A stretch of 64,000 bases of DNA from an uncultured bacterium (GCA_903861715.1 CAIOVI010000019.1:5936-69935), one strand, 5' to 3'. Counted from the first letter of the stretch, positions 1 through 10,022 are shown. Made by a program: numbers and translations. Notes: a model not told the origin generated them from the sequence alone.

Positions 1-1
1 G

Positions 2-400
2 TTGGGAGTTGAACGAGGTTTGTTGTCTGTGCTTTTATCTGCTTTTGAGAATCAAGTGCTTGAGGATGGAAGCTCAAGGACAGTGCTTCACTTTAAACCT
101 GAAATAGCACCAGTTCAAATAGCAGTTTTTCCGCTGATGAAAAATAAAGAAGAATTAGTTGAAAAAGCAAAAAATATTTTTGAAGATCTTAAACAAAATT
201 TTCGTTGCGAGTTTGATGACAATGGCAACGTGGGCAAGCGCTATCGTCGCCAAGATGAAATTGGCACTCCGTTTTGCGTGACCGTGGATTTTGAAAGTTT
301 GGAAGACGGAGCTGTGACGGTGCGTGACCGCGACACCATGGTCCAAGAGCGCATCAAGATTGCCGATTTGCAGAAATACTTTGGGGAGAAACTGAAATAG
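2..400 (+). CDS. glyS: Glycine--tRNA ligase (alpha2 type), C-terminal part; truncated by window start
   Basis: Motif 3 (GVERG) followed by an HGTP anticodon-binding domain (GKRYRRQDEIGTPFCVTVDF, VTVRDRDTMVQERI). Confidence 0.93.
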   Translation: MGVERGLLSVLLSAFENQVLEDGSSRTVLHFKPEIAPVQIAVFPLMKNKEELVEKAKNIFEDLKQNFRCEFDDNGNVGKRYRRQDEIGTPFCVTVDFESLEDGAVTVRDRDTMVQERIKIADLQKYFGEKLK

Positions 401-486
401 TAACTAGTAATCGTTAATTAGTAACTAGAGAATGGAAAATTAATCCAAAAAGAAACCCCTGGATAATTTTTTAGTAGTAGCTTTTC

Positions 487-1326
487 ATGTTGAGCGCAAT
501 CCTGATTTCAATCGGAACATTTCTTGAAGAAATTTCTGACTCAATTGGCAAAATAAAAGTTAATGATGGGGAAGAAAGTGTTTTTGTCATGGCATTCCTG
601 AGTCTTTTTTGGAGCGCTGTTTTTTATATTTTGATTTGTATTTTCAAAAGTGAAGTTTTCGTTTTTAACTTTGCCTCGTTGCCGACTTTTATCATCAGAA
701 CCCTTTTGGAAATAATTCAACTCTATGTTTTAGTATTAGCGATAGCTGATGCTGATCGTTCAGCATATAGTTTTGTGAGAACAGTGACAATCCCATTGCT
801 GCTTCTGATTGATTTTGCGCTGGGCTATAAAGTTGTTCTGTTGTCTGTGATTGGGGTGGCTGTAGTTTTGATTGCAATTTTGTTGTTGTTTATTAATAGG
901 AAAATTGAGAAAAAGGGAATGGGACTAGTCATTTTTTCGGCGATAAATGCAGTGGTGACAATTTCTCTTTTCAAATATGACACAACTCATTTCAATTCCT
1001 TGGTGGCTGAGCAGTTGAGCATTGTTTTAATTTTGCTGGCGTTTTTTGCGCTTGTTTCGATATTCAAAAATAAGGAAAATCCTTTCATTTTTTTGAGCAA
1101 GCCAATTTTCTTTCTGCAATCATTTTCAGTTGGACTCGGTGGCGTTGTTGAAAGTTTTGGCTATAGTTATGGCGTAGCTTCAATTGCGACTGCGGTGAAA
1201 AGATCTTCAGCCTTGCTCTGGTCTCTTTTGACTGGAAAAATTTATTTCAAAGAAAAAAACATAAGTTTGAAATTTGCGATAATGTTCTTGCTGATCATTG
1301 GGCTTGTGCTAATGTCTTTAGGGTAA
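487..1326 (+). CDS. DMT/EamA-like multi-pass membrane protein
   Basis: 279 aa, about 10 hydrophobic segments, EamA-like C-terminus (KIYFKEK). Confidence 0.6.
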   Translation: MLSAILISIGTFLEEISDSIGKIKVNDGEESVFVMAFLSLFWSAVFYILICIFKSEVFVFNFASLPTFIIRTLLEIIQLYVLVLAIADADRSAYSFVRTVTIPLLLLIDFALGYKVVLLSVIGVAVVLIAILLLFINRKIEKKGMGLVIFSAINAVVTISLFKYDTTHFNSLVAEQLSIVLILLAFFALVSIFKNKENPFIFLSKPIFFLQSFSVGLGGVVESFGYSYGVASIATAVKRSSALLWSLLTGKIYFKEKNISLKFAIMFLLIIGLVLMSLG

Positions 1327-1421
1327 TCCTTCTTGTAATACATTTCCAGCTATGTCTATTCACGCTTGTGCGTCCAAAACCGTGAAAAAGGGCTATTTTT
1401 TGACATTTTTTCACGGTTTTA

Positions 1422-1450
1422 TTGACAAAAACGTGAAAAAGGACTATAAT
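1422..1450 (+). promoter_or_regulatory. Consensus sigma70 promoter of fic
   Basis: TTGACA(1422-1427)-17 nt-TATAAT(1445-1450); ATG follows after 8 nt. Confidence 0.85.
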
Positions 1451-1458
1451 GGAGTTGT

Positions 1459-2346
1459 ATGACAAGAATAACCAGCGGTTACAAAAAAATAATTTCCTTG
1501 CGGGAAAGATATCACAAAGCGGCTCATGGCAAAGAGGCGCTGCTTAAAATTATTGCTGAGGTGGAAGTTGCTGAGCAGGTTTACAATTCCAACGCCATTG
1601 AAAATAGCACGTTGACCCTTGAGGAAACTGAAAAAATTCTTTTGCAAATTGATTTGGATCGTTACATTTCCGAGCGAGAAATTTTTGAAGCCAAAAACTT
1701 GGCGCAAGTTGTTTCCTATATCGATAAGCGCGCCAAGGAGCAAGAGCTTTCCTTGGAAGTGATTCTATTACTTCACAAAATGTTGATTTCCAATATTCGT
1801 GATGAAATTGCGGGCAGGTTCAGAAAAGAAAATGAATTTGTGCGAGTTGGAAATTATATTGCTCCTGCTCCACAAGAAGTTTTGGGTCGACTTGAAAAGA
1901 TGCTGGTGACCTACAACGCAGAAAGTCATGAAAATATTGTCAGGCGAATTGCAAAACTGCATTTGACGTTTGAAAACACCCATCCCTTTTGTGATGGCAA
2001 TGGTCGCATTGGCAGGGCTATTAATAACTATCTTTTGATTCGCGAAGGTTTTGTGCCAATTAGCATCAAATTTATTGATCGTCTGAAATATTATGCAGCG
2101 TTCAGGGAATTTGATCTGAACAAAGAAACGACGATTATGGAAGAAATTGTGGGCAAAGCGTTGACGAATAGTTATCATAAGCGCTTGGCCTATCTAGAAG
2201 GCAAGGAAATTGTGACTTTGGCTGAATATGCCAAAAGAAAAAAACTTTCTCATTCAAATTTGATCAACAAAGCCAACCGGCAAACTATTGAAGCTTTTCT
2301 CGAAAAAGGCATTTGGAAAATCGGGATTGATTTTGAGAAAAAATAA
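1459..2346 (+). CDS. Fic family protein (class II, N-terminal inhibitory motif) with possible C-terminal HTH
   Basis: HPFCDGNGRIGR Fic motif; SNAIEN matches the (S/T)xxxE(G/N) inhibitory motif. Confidence 0.92.
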   Translation: MTRITSGYKKIISLRERYHKAAHGKEALLKIIAEVEVAEQVYNSNAIENSTLTLEETEKILLQIDLDRYISEREIFEAKNLAQVVSYIDKRAKEQELSLEVILLLHKMLISNIRDEIAGRFRKENEFVRVGNYIAPAPQEVLGRLEKMLVTYNAESHENIVRRIAKLHLTFENTHPFCDGNGRIGRAINNYLLIREGFVPISIKFIDRLKYYAAFREFDLNKETTIMEEIVGKALTNSYHKRLAYLEGKEIVTLAEYAKRKKLSHSNLINKANRQTIEAFLEKGIWKIGIDFEKK

Positions 2347-2447
2347 ACCTACTTCCATATATCCATTTATGGAAGTTGAGCTTGTGGGGTTATTTCTTAA
2401 GAAGAAAAAGATACTAACAAATTATTGGCTTGAAAATGAACAAGAGT

Positions 2448-2582
2448 ATGAAAAAGAATCAAATTATCAGCCAAAATAGTTTCACGGAATTTTTACTTTA
2501 CACTACGCCAAATGGCAAAGTGAAAATGGTTAGTTCTATTTTGGAACATACCACCCAGTATGCTTTCAAGAGTAAGAAATAA
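2448..2582 (+). pseudogene. RhuM-family remnant with internal deletion
   Basis: Manual translation MKKNQIISQNSFTEFLLYTTPNGKVKMVSSILEHTTQYAFKSKK*; EFLLYTTPNGKVK and VSSILEHTT are segments normally separated in RhuM N-termini. Confidence 0.6.
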
Positions 2583-2586
2583 AATT

Positions 2587-2709
2587 ATGAAACAATATAA
2601 TCAAAAATCACAAATAGTAATTTATAAATCGCTAACGGGGGAAACTAAGATTGATGTGCGTTTTGATGGTGGAACTGTTTGGCTGACTCAAAAAGAGATT
2701 TTTATATGA
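2587..2709 (+). pseudogene. Second RhuM/DOC N-terminal remnant
   Basis: Manual translation MKQYNQKSQIVIYKSLTGETKIDVRFDGGTVWLTQKEIFI*; IVIY..GETKIDVR...TVWLTQ signature, then truncated. Confidence 0.7.
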
Positions 2710-3206
2710 AAAGAATTTTAATTTTGGGCTCTGTTGGCTCTGGAAAATCAACTCTTGCTAGTAAGCTTCATGAAAAATTGAAGCTTCCTATAGTCTGCCT
2801 AGACCAATATTTCTGGAGGCCAAATTGGCAATCGACTGAAGATGGTGAGTGGCGTCAAAAAGTTGAGCAATTAGCTCAAACCCGGCAGTGGATTATGGAT
2901 GGAAATTTTTTAAATACCTTAGATATTAGGTTGCCAAAGGCGGATGCTGTGATTTTCATAGATTGCAATAGGTTCATTTGCCTTTATAGATTCCTTAAGA
3001 GAATTGTCTGGAGGAGAGAACAGGGTGTGATTGAGGGATGCCGAGAAAGTTTAAATATAAAAATGCTGATTTGGATTCTTTGGAAATTCCCGCAGTATTC
3101 TAGAAAAAATATAATTACTGAAATTGAAAAGGTAAAAGATAAGAAAAATATTTTTATTTTAAAATCAAACAATGATGTAGAAAAATTTTTATCTAAAATA
3201 AAATAA
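2706..3206 (+). CDS. FlaR/topology-modulation-like P-loop kinase
   Basis: MKRILILGSVGSGKSTLA Walker A, LDQYFWRPNW, WIMDGNF; ATG 2706 overlaps the upstream TGA. Confidence 0.85.
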   Translation: MKRILILGSVGSGKSTLASKLHEKLKLPIVCLDQYFWRPNWQSTEDGEWRQKVEQLAQTRQWIMDGNFLNTLDIRLPKADAVIFIDCNRFICLYRFLKRIVWRREQGVIEGCRESLNIKMLIWILWKFPQYSRKNIITEIEKVKDKKNIFILKSNNDVEKFLSKIK

Positions 3207-3237
3207 ATTTTATTTTTATGTAGCCTTTATAGTTTTC

Positions 3238-3267
3238 AAAAGTCACCATTTACATGGTGGCTTTTTT
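3238..3267. terminator. Bidirectional intrinsic terminator
   Basis: AAAAGTCACCAT-loop-ATGGTGGCTTTTTT between convergent genes. Confidence 0.7.
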
Positions 3268-3272
3268 GTGAG

Positions 3273-6200
3273 CTATTTTTTTATTTTTTTCTCCCACTTC
3301 TTCCCTTCAAAAGTTTGATAGAGAAGTGGAAAGATAATTAAAGTTAGCACGGTTGAAACGGAAAGCCCGAAGATGATTGCCCAAGCCAGTCCTTCCCAAA
3401 CCGGATCAGCAATAATGGTGAGAGACCCAAGGATAGCTGTCAGTGAGGTCAGTAAAATTGGTAGCAATCGAACGCGCCCAGCTTCCATGAGAGCCTGCGT
3501 GAGTTCCATGCCACGTTCCTTGAGTTCATCAAGATAAGCCAGATAGATGATCGCATTTTTCACCACGATGCCAGCCAGCGCGATGACGCCAATCATGGAA
3601 GTGGCATTGAAAAAAGTGCCCTTGATTGCGCCGAGAAAAGCAAAGCCGACCAGCACGCCAATCATCCCCAGGGGAATGGTGGCCATGATGAGCAAAGGCA
3701 CAACAAGCGAACGCAATTGAACAACCAACACGAAATAAATCATGAGCAGAGCCACGCCCATGGCGATGCCAAGATCGCGGAAAATTTCCAAGGTCAATTT
3801 CCATTCGCCATCAATGCGAACGTCAACTTTTTGTCCAATTGAATTTTCATAAGTCAGTCCCATGGGGGACCATGCAGAAATGTGACCAGTGCCATCGGAT
3901 AGTTTATAACTAAAAAGTTTTGGAAATAAATCAAAGATAGCATACATGACGCTGCGCGACCCCATTTCTCCGCTAACATAGACAACTTGCTGACGATTGT
4001 CGCTAGCAATTTCACTTTGTTGGGCTAGGGGTTTTTCAAGGAGTAATTCTGAAATAGGTACGGTTTGGCCAGTAGCGCTTTTAATGGTGAGGTTAGAGAG
4101 GCTGTTTGCGTCGGTGCGGTCTTGCGGTTGCATGCGCAGGATTACGAATTGTTGCTCAGCTTGACGGTCAGGGTAATTAATAATGTTCCTAAAGCGGGCT
4201 ACGTTAAGACCCGAAAGGGCAGTGTGTAATGTTTGAATGACAGTGGCGGGGGCAATGCCGAGTCGGCCAGCCTTATCGATGTCAACTTGATATTGTTTTT
4301 CAAAAGCTCGCTGGGTGATAGTAGTATTTAAATCAACAATGCCATCAATACTCGTCGCCATTTTTTCTAAATCTTGGGCGGTAGCATTAAGTAATTGCTG
4401 GTCGTCGCCTTGAATTTTCAGAAAGAAAGTGCTGCGTACTGGCGGTCCTGGCGGATCTTCCACGACCGTAATTTTTGCATCTGGTTCATCGCTCAAAACT
4501 TCTTGATTCAAAGTTTCTCGCAAGCTGAGCGCGATTTGTTCGGAAGTTTGCTGTCGCTGCGTGTGCGGGATTAAATTTATTTTCAGGGTTGCTTGATTTT
4601 CTTGGGCGCGCATAAAGCTTCCCTTGAAAAGACCATTGAAATCCGTAATGGGCGCCGTTGCAACAAAACTTTCTACACTAGTAATGTTTGGAAAATTAAG
4701 TGCACTTTTTTCAAGAGCCGATGCTACCTGGTTAGTTTTTGCATAGCTGATTGAATTTGGCATATCTAAATAAATGTAAAACTGATTTTTATTGGCTTTT
4801 GGTAGCATGCGAAATTGCACGATTCGAAAAATTGGCAAAAGCATTGAAAGCAAAAGCAACAGTGCGGCGCTGGCGAGCACGATATTTTTTTGACGTTTGT
4901 TGGTGGTGAGTTTGCCAATTAAGCCTGCATAGCTGTTTTCAACTTTGTGAATTATTTGCACAAAAATATTTTCTTTTTCTTCACTATGCGGAGAAGCAAA
5001 AATTCCAGTCAGTGCAGGATTGATGGTGAAAGAAATAAAAAGCGAAACCAGCAAGGTGACAGACACGAAAAAAGGAATTGGACTCATGTATGGCCCCATC
5101 ATCCCACTGACAAATGCCATGGGGATGAAAGCCAACAAAATTGTGATGGTCGACATCAACACGCCCATTCCAACTTCATCCACAGCGGTGATAATCAAAT
5201 CCGAGATTTTTTTGTCAGGATTATTTTTGATGGTTCGATGCACGTTTTCAATGATTACGATGGCATCATCAACCAAAAGTCCCAAGGCTAAAATCAGTGC
5301 AAAGAGCGTAATGCGATTGACGGTTTGGCCAGCTAGTAGGCCGATGCCGAAAGAGGCAAGCAGGGTTAGGGGAATTGAAATTGCTACAATCAAAGAATTT
5401 CTCAGACCCAAAAAAGCCATCAAAATCACCGTCACAATCACAATTGAAAGCACTAAATGTTTGGTGAGCGTGGAAATTTCTTCGCTGGCAGTTTCGCCGT
5501 CATCGCGCAGGACTGAGAATTTTACTGAGTCATATTTGTTTTGTTTTTGGACTTCGGCAAGTTTTTCGCGAACTTTTTCAGTCACACTACTGATATTAGC
5601 CCCTTTAATTTTTGCTAGCGTCACATAGGCAACTTCTTGGGAAGCAGCATTTTTTTCAGTGAAATGAACAGCATTGGTGATTTCGCCAGGACCAAAAGTG
5701 ATAGTTGCCACGTCTCCCAAAGTGAGTGGCTTGTCTTGGTTGGGAATTAGCACAATTCTGGCAGCGTCTTGCGCCGATGTGATGTTTCCACTGATGCGCA
5801 AAGTTTCCGCAGAGCCATTGTTTTTTAAAGATTCAGTCGTATAGATGCCATTGGTAGCCCCCAACATCCCGATGATATCGGAAATAGCTAGGTGATATTG
5901 CGACATTTTTGCGCTATCAAGTTCGATTTGTAAATTGTTTGTCAGCCCTCCGACGACAGAAACTTTCGAAGCTCCAGGGACAAGTTTGAGTTGGTCTGCC
6001 AAATCAAAAGCTAAACTTCGCAGGGCTTGAGGTGAACGTTTGTTCGAGGTCAGCGCAATACTGATGATTGGCACATCATCCGGGTCCATCGTCACCAGGG
6101 AAGGATCATTGGCTCCGATTGGTTTTTGATAAAGATTGTCCCGCAGCTTTTGAGAAATTGAAATTTTTGCATTTTCAACTGGCGTGCCAACTTTGAATTG

Positions 6201-6536
6201 AACCATGACTACACTTTGTCCGCCATCAAAGGAATGCGAAATGAGTTGATCAATGTTGGGAAGCTGGCTCACGACATCTTCCATTGGGCGGGTGACAAGC
6301 TCTTGAACCTGGTCAGCTGTTGCCCCGGGGAAGCTGGTTGTGATGACAAAGGCCGGCGCCACGATTTCAGGATTGTAGGCCTTGGGAATCAAAATGAAAC
6401 TGCCAACTCCCCAAGCGATGATGAAAAGCATGGCTAAAATATTCAGCTCTTTATTTTTAACAAAAACCTGAGCCATTTTTCCGGCAAAGCCTAATTTTTT
6501 CTGAGAGTTGTTTTCTGCTGGGTTAATTTGATTCAT
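3273..6536 (-). CDS. RND efflux transporter permease (AcrB/CusA family)
   Basis: 1087 aa; GLLVDDAIVIIENV and GRVRLLPILLTSLTAILG motifs. Confidence 0.95.
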   Translation of the reverse strand: MNQINPAENNSQKKLGFAGKMAQVFVKNKELNILAMLFIIAWGVGSFILIPKAYNPEIVAPAFVITTSFPGATADQVQELVTRPMEDVVSQLPNIDQLISHSFDGGQSVVMVQFKVGTPVENAKISISQKLRDNLYQKPIGANDPSLVTMDPDDVPIISIALTSNKRSPQALRSLAFDLADQLKLVPGASKVSVVGGLTNNLQIELDSAKMSQYHLAISDIIGMLGATNGIYTTESLKNNGSAETLRISGNITSAQDAARIVLIPNQDKPLTLGDVATITFGPGEITNAVHFTEKNAASQEVAYVTLAKIKGANISSVTEKVREKLAEVQKQNKYDSVKFSVLRDDGETASEEISTLTKHLVLSIVIVTVILMAFLGLRNSLIVAISIPLTLLASFGIGLLAGQTVNRITLFALILALGLLVDDAIVIIENVHRTIKNNPDKKISDLIITAVDEVGMGVLMSTITILLAFIPMAFVSGMMGPYMSPIPFFVSVTLLVSLFISFTINPALTGIFASPHSEEKENIFVQIIHKVENSYAGLIGKLTTNKRQKNIVLASAALLLLLSMLLPIFRIVQFRMLPKANKNQFYIYLDMPNSISYAKTNQVASALEKSALNFPNITSVESFVATAPITDFNGLFKGSFMRAQENQATLKINLIPHTQRQQTSEQIALSLRETLNQEVLSDEPDAKITVVEDPPGPPVRSTFFLKIQGDDQQLLNATAQDLEKMATSIDGIVDLNTTITQRAFEKQYQVDIDKAGRLGIAPATVIQTLHTALSGLNVARFRNIINYPDRQAEQQFVILRMQPQDRTDANSLSNLTIKSATGQTVPISELLLEKPLAQQSEIASDNRQQVVYVSGEMGSRSVMYAIFDLFPKLFSYKLSDGTGHISAWSPMGLTYENSIGQKVDVRIDGEWKLTLEIFRDLGIAMGVALLMIYFVLVVQLRSLVVPLLIMATIPLGMIGVLVGFAFLGAIKGTFFNATSMIGVIALAGIVVKNAIIYLAYLDELKERGMELTQALMEAGRVRLLPILLTSLTAILGSLTIIADPVWEGLAWAIIFGLSVSTVLTLIIFPLLYQTFEGKKWEKKIKK

Positions 6537-7650
6537 AGGGAGTTGTTACTGAGCCATTTAAGAGATATTGTTGACCTTCGACTGCAATTTTTTGATTTGC
6601 GCTAAGACCTTCAGTGACCTCGACCAGGCCATTATTCTCAGTGCTAGTTTTCAGGGTTTGTTCTTTAGCAACATTGTTTTCATCCAAAACAAAAACGACT
6701 TGGTCTCCACCGCGAGAAATGATCGCCTTTCTAGGAATCGAAATTGCTTGTCCGTCTCTTGAAACCATAATTTGTCCGCGCAAAAAATCGCCAAGGTCAA
6801 TAGCGTTATTTTCATTATTGAGATGAATACGGACAAGAGTTTTGAAATTGGCAGCATCACTGCCAGCAGCAATCGCTGTGACAATTCCTGAAAGTGGCGC
6901 GCCATTTGAAGTTTGCAAATTTGCAACATTTCCAACTGCGATATTTTTTCCATTAGTGGCTGAAACATAAGTTTCAATTTCCAAGCTGCTGGGAGTGCTG
7001 AGGCTAACAAGCGGCATGGAAAAATTTACAAAGCCACCTTCGCGACTATACACAGTCGTAATGATCCCGGCAAAAGGGGCAACGAGCGTAAAATTATTTT
7101 TGCCAGCGCTGGCGATGCTGGCTGAGCCTTGAGCTGCAATCAACTGATCTTTGGCTCCTTGAATTTGCAAATCTCTGGCGCGCTCGGCGCTTTGCACCGC
7201 TTCATCTGCTGAATCAGAAGGACTGGCATCTCTGTTAGTCCTAGCTTCGTCAACCAATTGATTGTAATATTTTTTGCTGTCACTCAATGTTTTTTCAAAC
7301 GCCGAAACTCCAGCGCTGGCAGCTGCAACTTGAGCGTCAATTTGTTCATTGCGAATTATCGCCAAGACTTCTCCTTTTTTAACTGTCTCTCCTTCATGTT
7401 TCAAAATTTTGACAATTGTTCCGCTTACTAATGGGGAAACATCAGCACGACTAGCTCCTCGGACGAAACCGGAAACTTCAATAATGGTGTTTTTGTCAGT
7501 CTGCTGAGTGAGGATGGTTTTGACAATCGGATTATTCGGTTTAGCCGTTTGGTTATTTCTATTTTTTAACACCAAGGTTGCCGTGAGAACAACTGCAACA
7601 ATAATTCCAGCAAGGAGAAGATATTGTTGTTTTGAAAAATTTTTCTGCAT
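6523..7650 (-). CDS. RND efflux periplasmic adaptor (MFP)
   Basis: N-terminal TM, lipoyl halves (VSGTIVKILKHEGETVKKGEVL, LVAPFAGII), overlaps the RND gene. Confidence 0.93.
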   Translation of the reverse strand: MQKNFSKQQYLLLAGIIVAVVLTATLVLKNRNNQTAKPNNPIVKTILTQQTDKNTIIEVSGFVRGASRADVSPLVSGTIVKILKHEGETVKKGEVLAIIRNEQIDAQVAAASAGVSAFEKTLSDSKKYYNQLVDEARTNRDASPSDSADEAVQSAERARDLQIQGAKDQLIAAQGSASIASAGKNNFTLVAPFAGIITTVYSREGGFVNFSMPLVSLSTPSSLEIETYVSATNGKNIAVGNVANLQTSNGAPLSGIVTAIAAGSDAANFKTLVRIHLNNENNAIDLGDFLRGQIMVSRDGQAISIPRKAIISRGGDQVVFVLDENNVAKEQTLKTSTENNGLVEVTEGLSANQKIAVEGQQYLLNGSVTTPYESN

Positions 7651-7707
7651 GTTTTTTGATTTAAAAATATTAATTATCCAATTAAAAAAGCCTTGCGGCT
7701 GCTACAT

Positions 7708-7742
7708 TTGACATAATACCCCAGGGGGGTATATACTGTCAA
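7708..7742. promoter_or_regulatory. Overlapping divergent sigma70 promoters with a central CsoR/CstR-type operator
   Basis: TTGACA(7708)-18-TATACT on +; TTGACA(7742-7737)-18-TATTAT on -; ATACCCCAGGGGGGTAT at 7716-7732. Confidence 0.8.
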
Positions 7743-7797
7743 GGTAGGAAGAGAAAGAAAATAAAAATAAATTAATTAATTTTTTAGCAATAATCAT

Positions 7798-7989
7798 ATG
7801 AAAAATGAAAATGGTTTGGATCGTGTGCTTCGATTTATGGTGGCGATAATATTGGTTGCTTTGGGATTTTATGTTACGGGAATTCTAAGTGTGGTCGCAT
7901 ATATCTTAGTGATTGTTATGTTTGTAACAGCAGTTTCAGGTTTTTGTCCTTTGTATAAAGTTTTCGGAATTAACACTAATAAAAAATAA
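7798..7989 (+). CDS. DUF2892 (YgaP-like) small membrane protein
   Basis: NENGLDRVLR...TAVSGFCPLYKVFGINT. Confidence 0.9.
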   Translation: MKNENGLDRVLRFMVAIILVALGFYVTGILSVVAYILVIVMFVTAVSGFCPLYKVFGINTNKK

Positions 7990-8010
7990 TAAAAATATAA
8001 AATACAAAAT

Positions 8011-8196
8011 ATGAGCAAAGTTAAAGTAGATTCAGCCAAGTGTCCGCAAGATCATCCGTGCCCACTAGTTGGAGTTTGTCCGGCTGGGGCAATCAGTCAG
8101 AAAGGATTTTCCGCCCCAACAATCGACGAAGTAAAATGCATCGCTTGTGGTCGCTGCGTCATGACCTGTCCTTATCATTGTCTTTCTTTTGAATAG
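8011..8196 (+). CDS. Small 4Fe-4S binding protein
   Basis: CPQDHPC...CPAGAI and CIACGRCVMTCP. Confidence 0.88.
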   Translation: MSKVKVDSAKCPQDHPCPLVGVCPAGAISQKGFSAPTIDEVKCIACGRCVMTCPYHCLSFE

Positions 8197-8410
8197 GTTG
8201 GCGAGGTTTTGTTTTAAATGCTATAGTATTTAGGTGAAAGAGGGATAATAGTTTTCAAAAAATTCACCCTGTTAAATAATTTTAAATTTTTACTAAAATT
8301 TAAAATTAAGATTTGATTAACTTAAAAACAGGATGAGTGTAATTAATAAAATAATACAAATAAGTTTATTTTTTCGGTTAGGAAAAATCAAATCTTATTT
8401 CACAGGATAA

Positions 8411-8734
8411 ATGAGTCAAGAAATGGAATTTACAGATCAAAATTTTGATCAAGAAGTTATCAAAGCAAACGTGCCAGTGTTGGTTGATTTTTGGGCGCCG
8501 TGGTGTGGGCCATGCCAAATGATGGGACCAATCATTAAAGAATTGGCTGAGCAAATGGGAGAGAAAGCCAAAGTTGGGAAACTTAATGTGGATGAAAATG
8601 GTTCTATTGCTTCGCAATATGGCATCATGTCAATTCCAGCGCTGAAAATTTTCAAAGGCGGCAAAGTTGTCAAAGAATACGTTGGCGTGCAAGCTCTCGA
8701 AAATTTAAAGAAAGCGTTGGAGGAGTTGGCGTAA
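8411..8734 (+). CDS. trxA: Thioredoxin
   Basis: DFWAPWCGPC active site. Confidence 0.97.
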   Translation: MSQEMEFTDQNFDQEVIKANVPVLVDFWAPWCGPCQMMGPIIKELAEQMGEKAKVGKLNVDENGSIASQYGIMSIPALKIFKGGKVVKEYVGVQALENLKKALEELA

Positions 8735-8791
8735 AACATAGAGCATGTAACATAAAACATGTAGCATTAGAAATGCAATATACATTTTTTT

Positions 8792-8822
8792 AAAAAGCCA
8801 CTTTGTAGAAGGTGGCTTTTTG
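8792..8822 (+). terminator. Intrinsic terminator after trxA
   Basis: AAAAAGCCACTTT..AAGGTGGCTTTTTT. Confidence 0.75.
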
Positions 8823-8857
8823 TGGGGCGAAAAAGATGCTATATTTAAGCTACTTGA

Positions 8858-9862
8858 ATGGAAAATGAGAAAATCAGAAAAATAATTCCGTTGCTCATTT
8901 TACTGATTAGTTTAGTGCTGATTGGGTTGTTTTTGGTGGGCAGGAAAACAGCTTCTTTCGAAAATGTTAAGACTGACGTGGTAGTTGAGAAAAAAGCGGT
9001 GGGTATAGCTAAGGCAGTAGCGCTAGCTGAGGTAGCAGGCTCAGTTAAAATTCTTTTTACGGGTGATATTATGCTGGACCGCTATATTAGACAAATTAGC
9101 GAAAAAAGGGGTGGCGGTTTTATTTTTGCTGGCGTCCAAGACCTACTAGTTAAAAATGATTTGGTGGTTAGCAATCTAGAGGGGCCCATTACGGATAATC
9201 CCTCGGTCAGTGTAGGCAGCGAAATCGGCGCCCACGATAACTACATTTTCACTTTCGACCCAATTGTCGCCAGTGAGCTATGGAAAAACAATATCAAGCT
9301 TGTCAATCTTGGCAATAATCATATTTTGAATTTTGGAGCAGACGGGTTGGCGCAGACCAAAGAAAATTTGCGCAGCAATAAAGTTGATTTTTTTGGTGAT
9401 CCGACTGGCGAAAAAAGAATTGCCACTTGGAACAAGAACGGTTTGAAGCTGGCTTTTGTCAATTATAATCAGTTTGAAAAAGATGGCATTGCTAAAGCGC
9501 TTGATAATATCAGTGCTGCCAAGCAATTAAATGTTGACGAAATTATTTTGTATGCGCATTGGGGAACGGAATTTGCAGCTGAGGCTGATGTGAAGCTTAA
9601 AGATTTGGCTCACAGTTTTATTGATGGCGGCGTTGATTTGATCATTGGCAGTCATCCGCACGTAGTGCAAAACAAGGAACAATATCGCGGCAAAATGATT
9701 TATTATTCCCTTGGCAATTTTATTTTTGATCAGTATTTCAGCCCTGAGGCCCAAAAAGGGTTATCCGTTCAAGTTGAAATTGATTCAAGAGATAAAAATT
9801 TTATTTTTATAGAATTTCCAGTTGCTATAAAAGGCAGCGGGCAAACAGTGATAAACTACTGA
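8858..9862 (+). CDS. CapA/PGA_cap family metallophosphatase, N-terminal anchor
   Basis: GDIML, NLEGP, NLGNNHILNFG, HWGTE, GSHPHV, YSLGNFIF. Confidence 0.93.
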   Translation: MENEKIRKIIPLLILLISLVLIGLFLVGRKTASFENVKTDVVVEKKAVGIAKAVALAEVAGSVKILFTGDIMLDRYIRQISEKRGGGFIFAGVQDLLVKNDLVVSNLEGPITDNPSVSVGSEIGAHDNYIFTFDPIVASELWKNNIKLVNLGNNHILNFGADGLAQTKENLRSNKVDFFGDPTGEKRIATWNKNGLKLAFVNYNQFEKDGIAKALDNISAAKQLNVDEIILYAHWGTEFAAEADVKLKDLAHSFIDGGVDLIIGSHPHVVQNKEQYRGKMIYYSLGNFIFDQYFSPEAQKGLSVQVEIDSRDKNFIFIEFPVAIKGSGQTVINY

Positions 9863-9993
9863 TTTTTGGCTTAAATTAGGACAAATTATGAGTTTAAAAT
9901 TGTTCCAAGGGAGGCTTTTTTTGTAAATTTAGCCAAGGTTGGACTTTTTTTGTATTTTATGCAAAGTAAAATGTTCAGAGATTAACTTTTCCT

Positions 9994-10022
9994 TTGACAG
10001 AGTCGCTCATCTGACTTATGAT
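9994..10022 (+). promoter_or_regulatory. sigma70 promoter of mreBCD-mrdA
   Basis: TTGACA-17-TATGAT. Confidence 0.7.
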
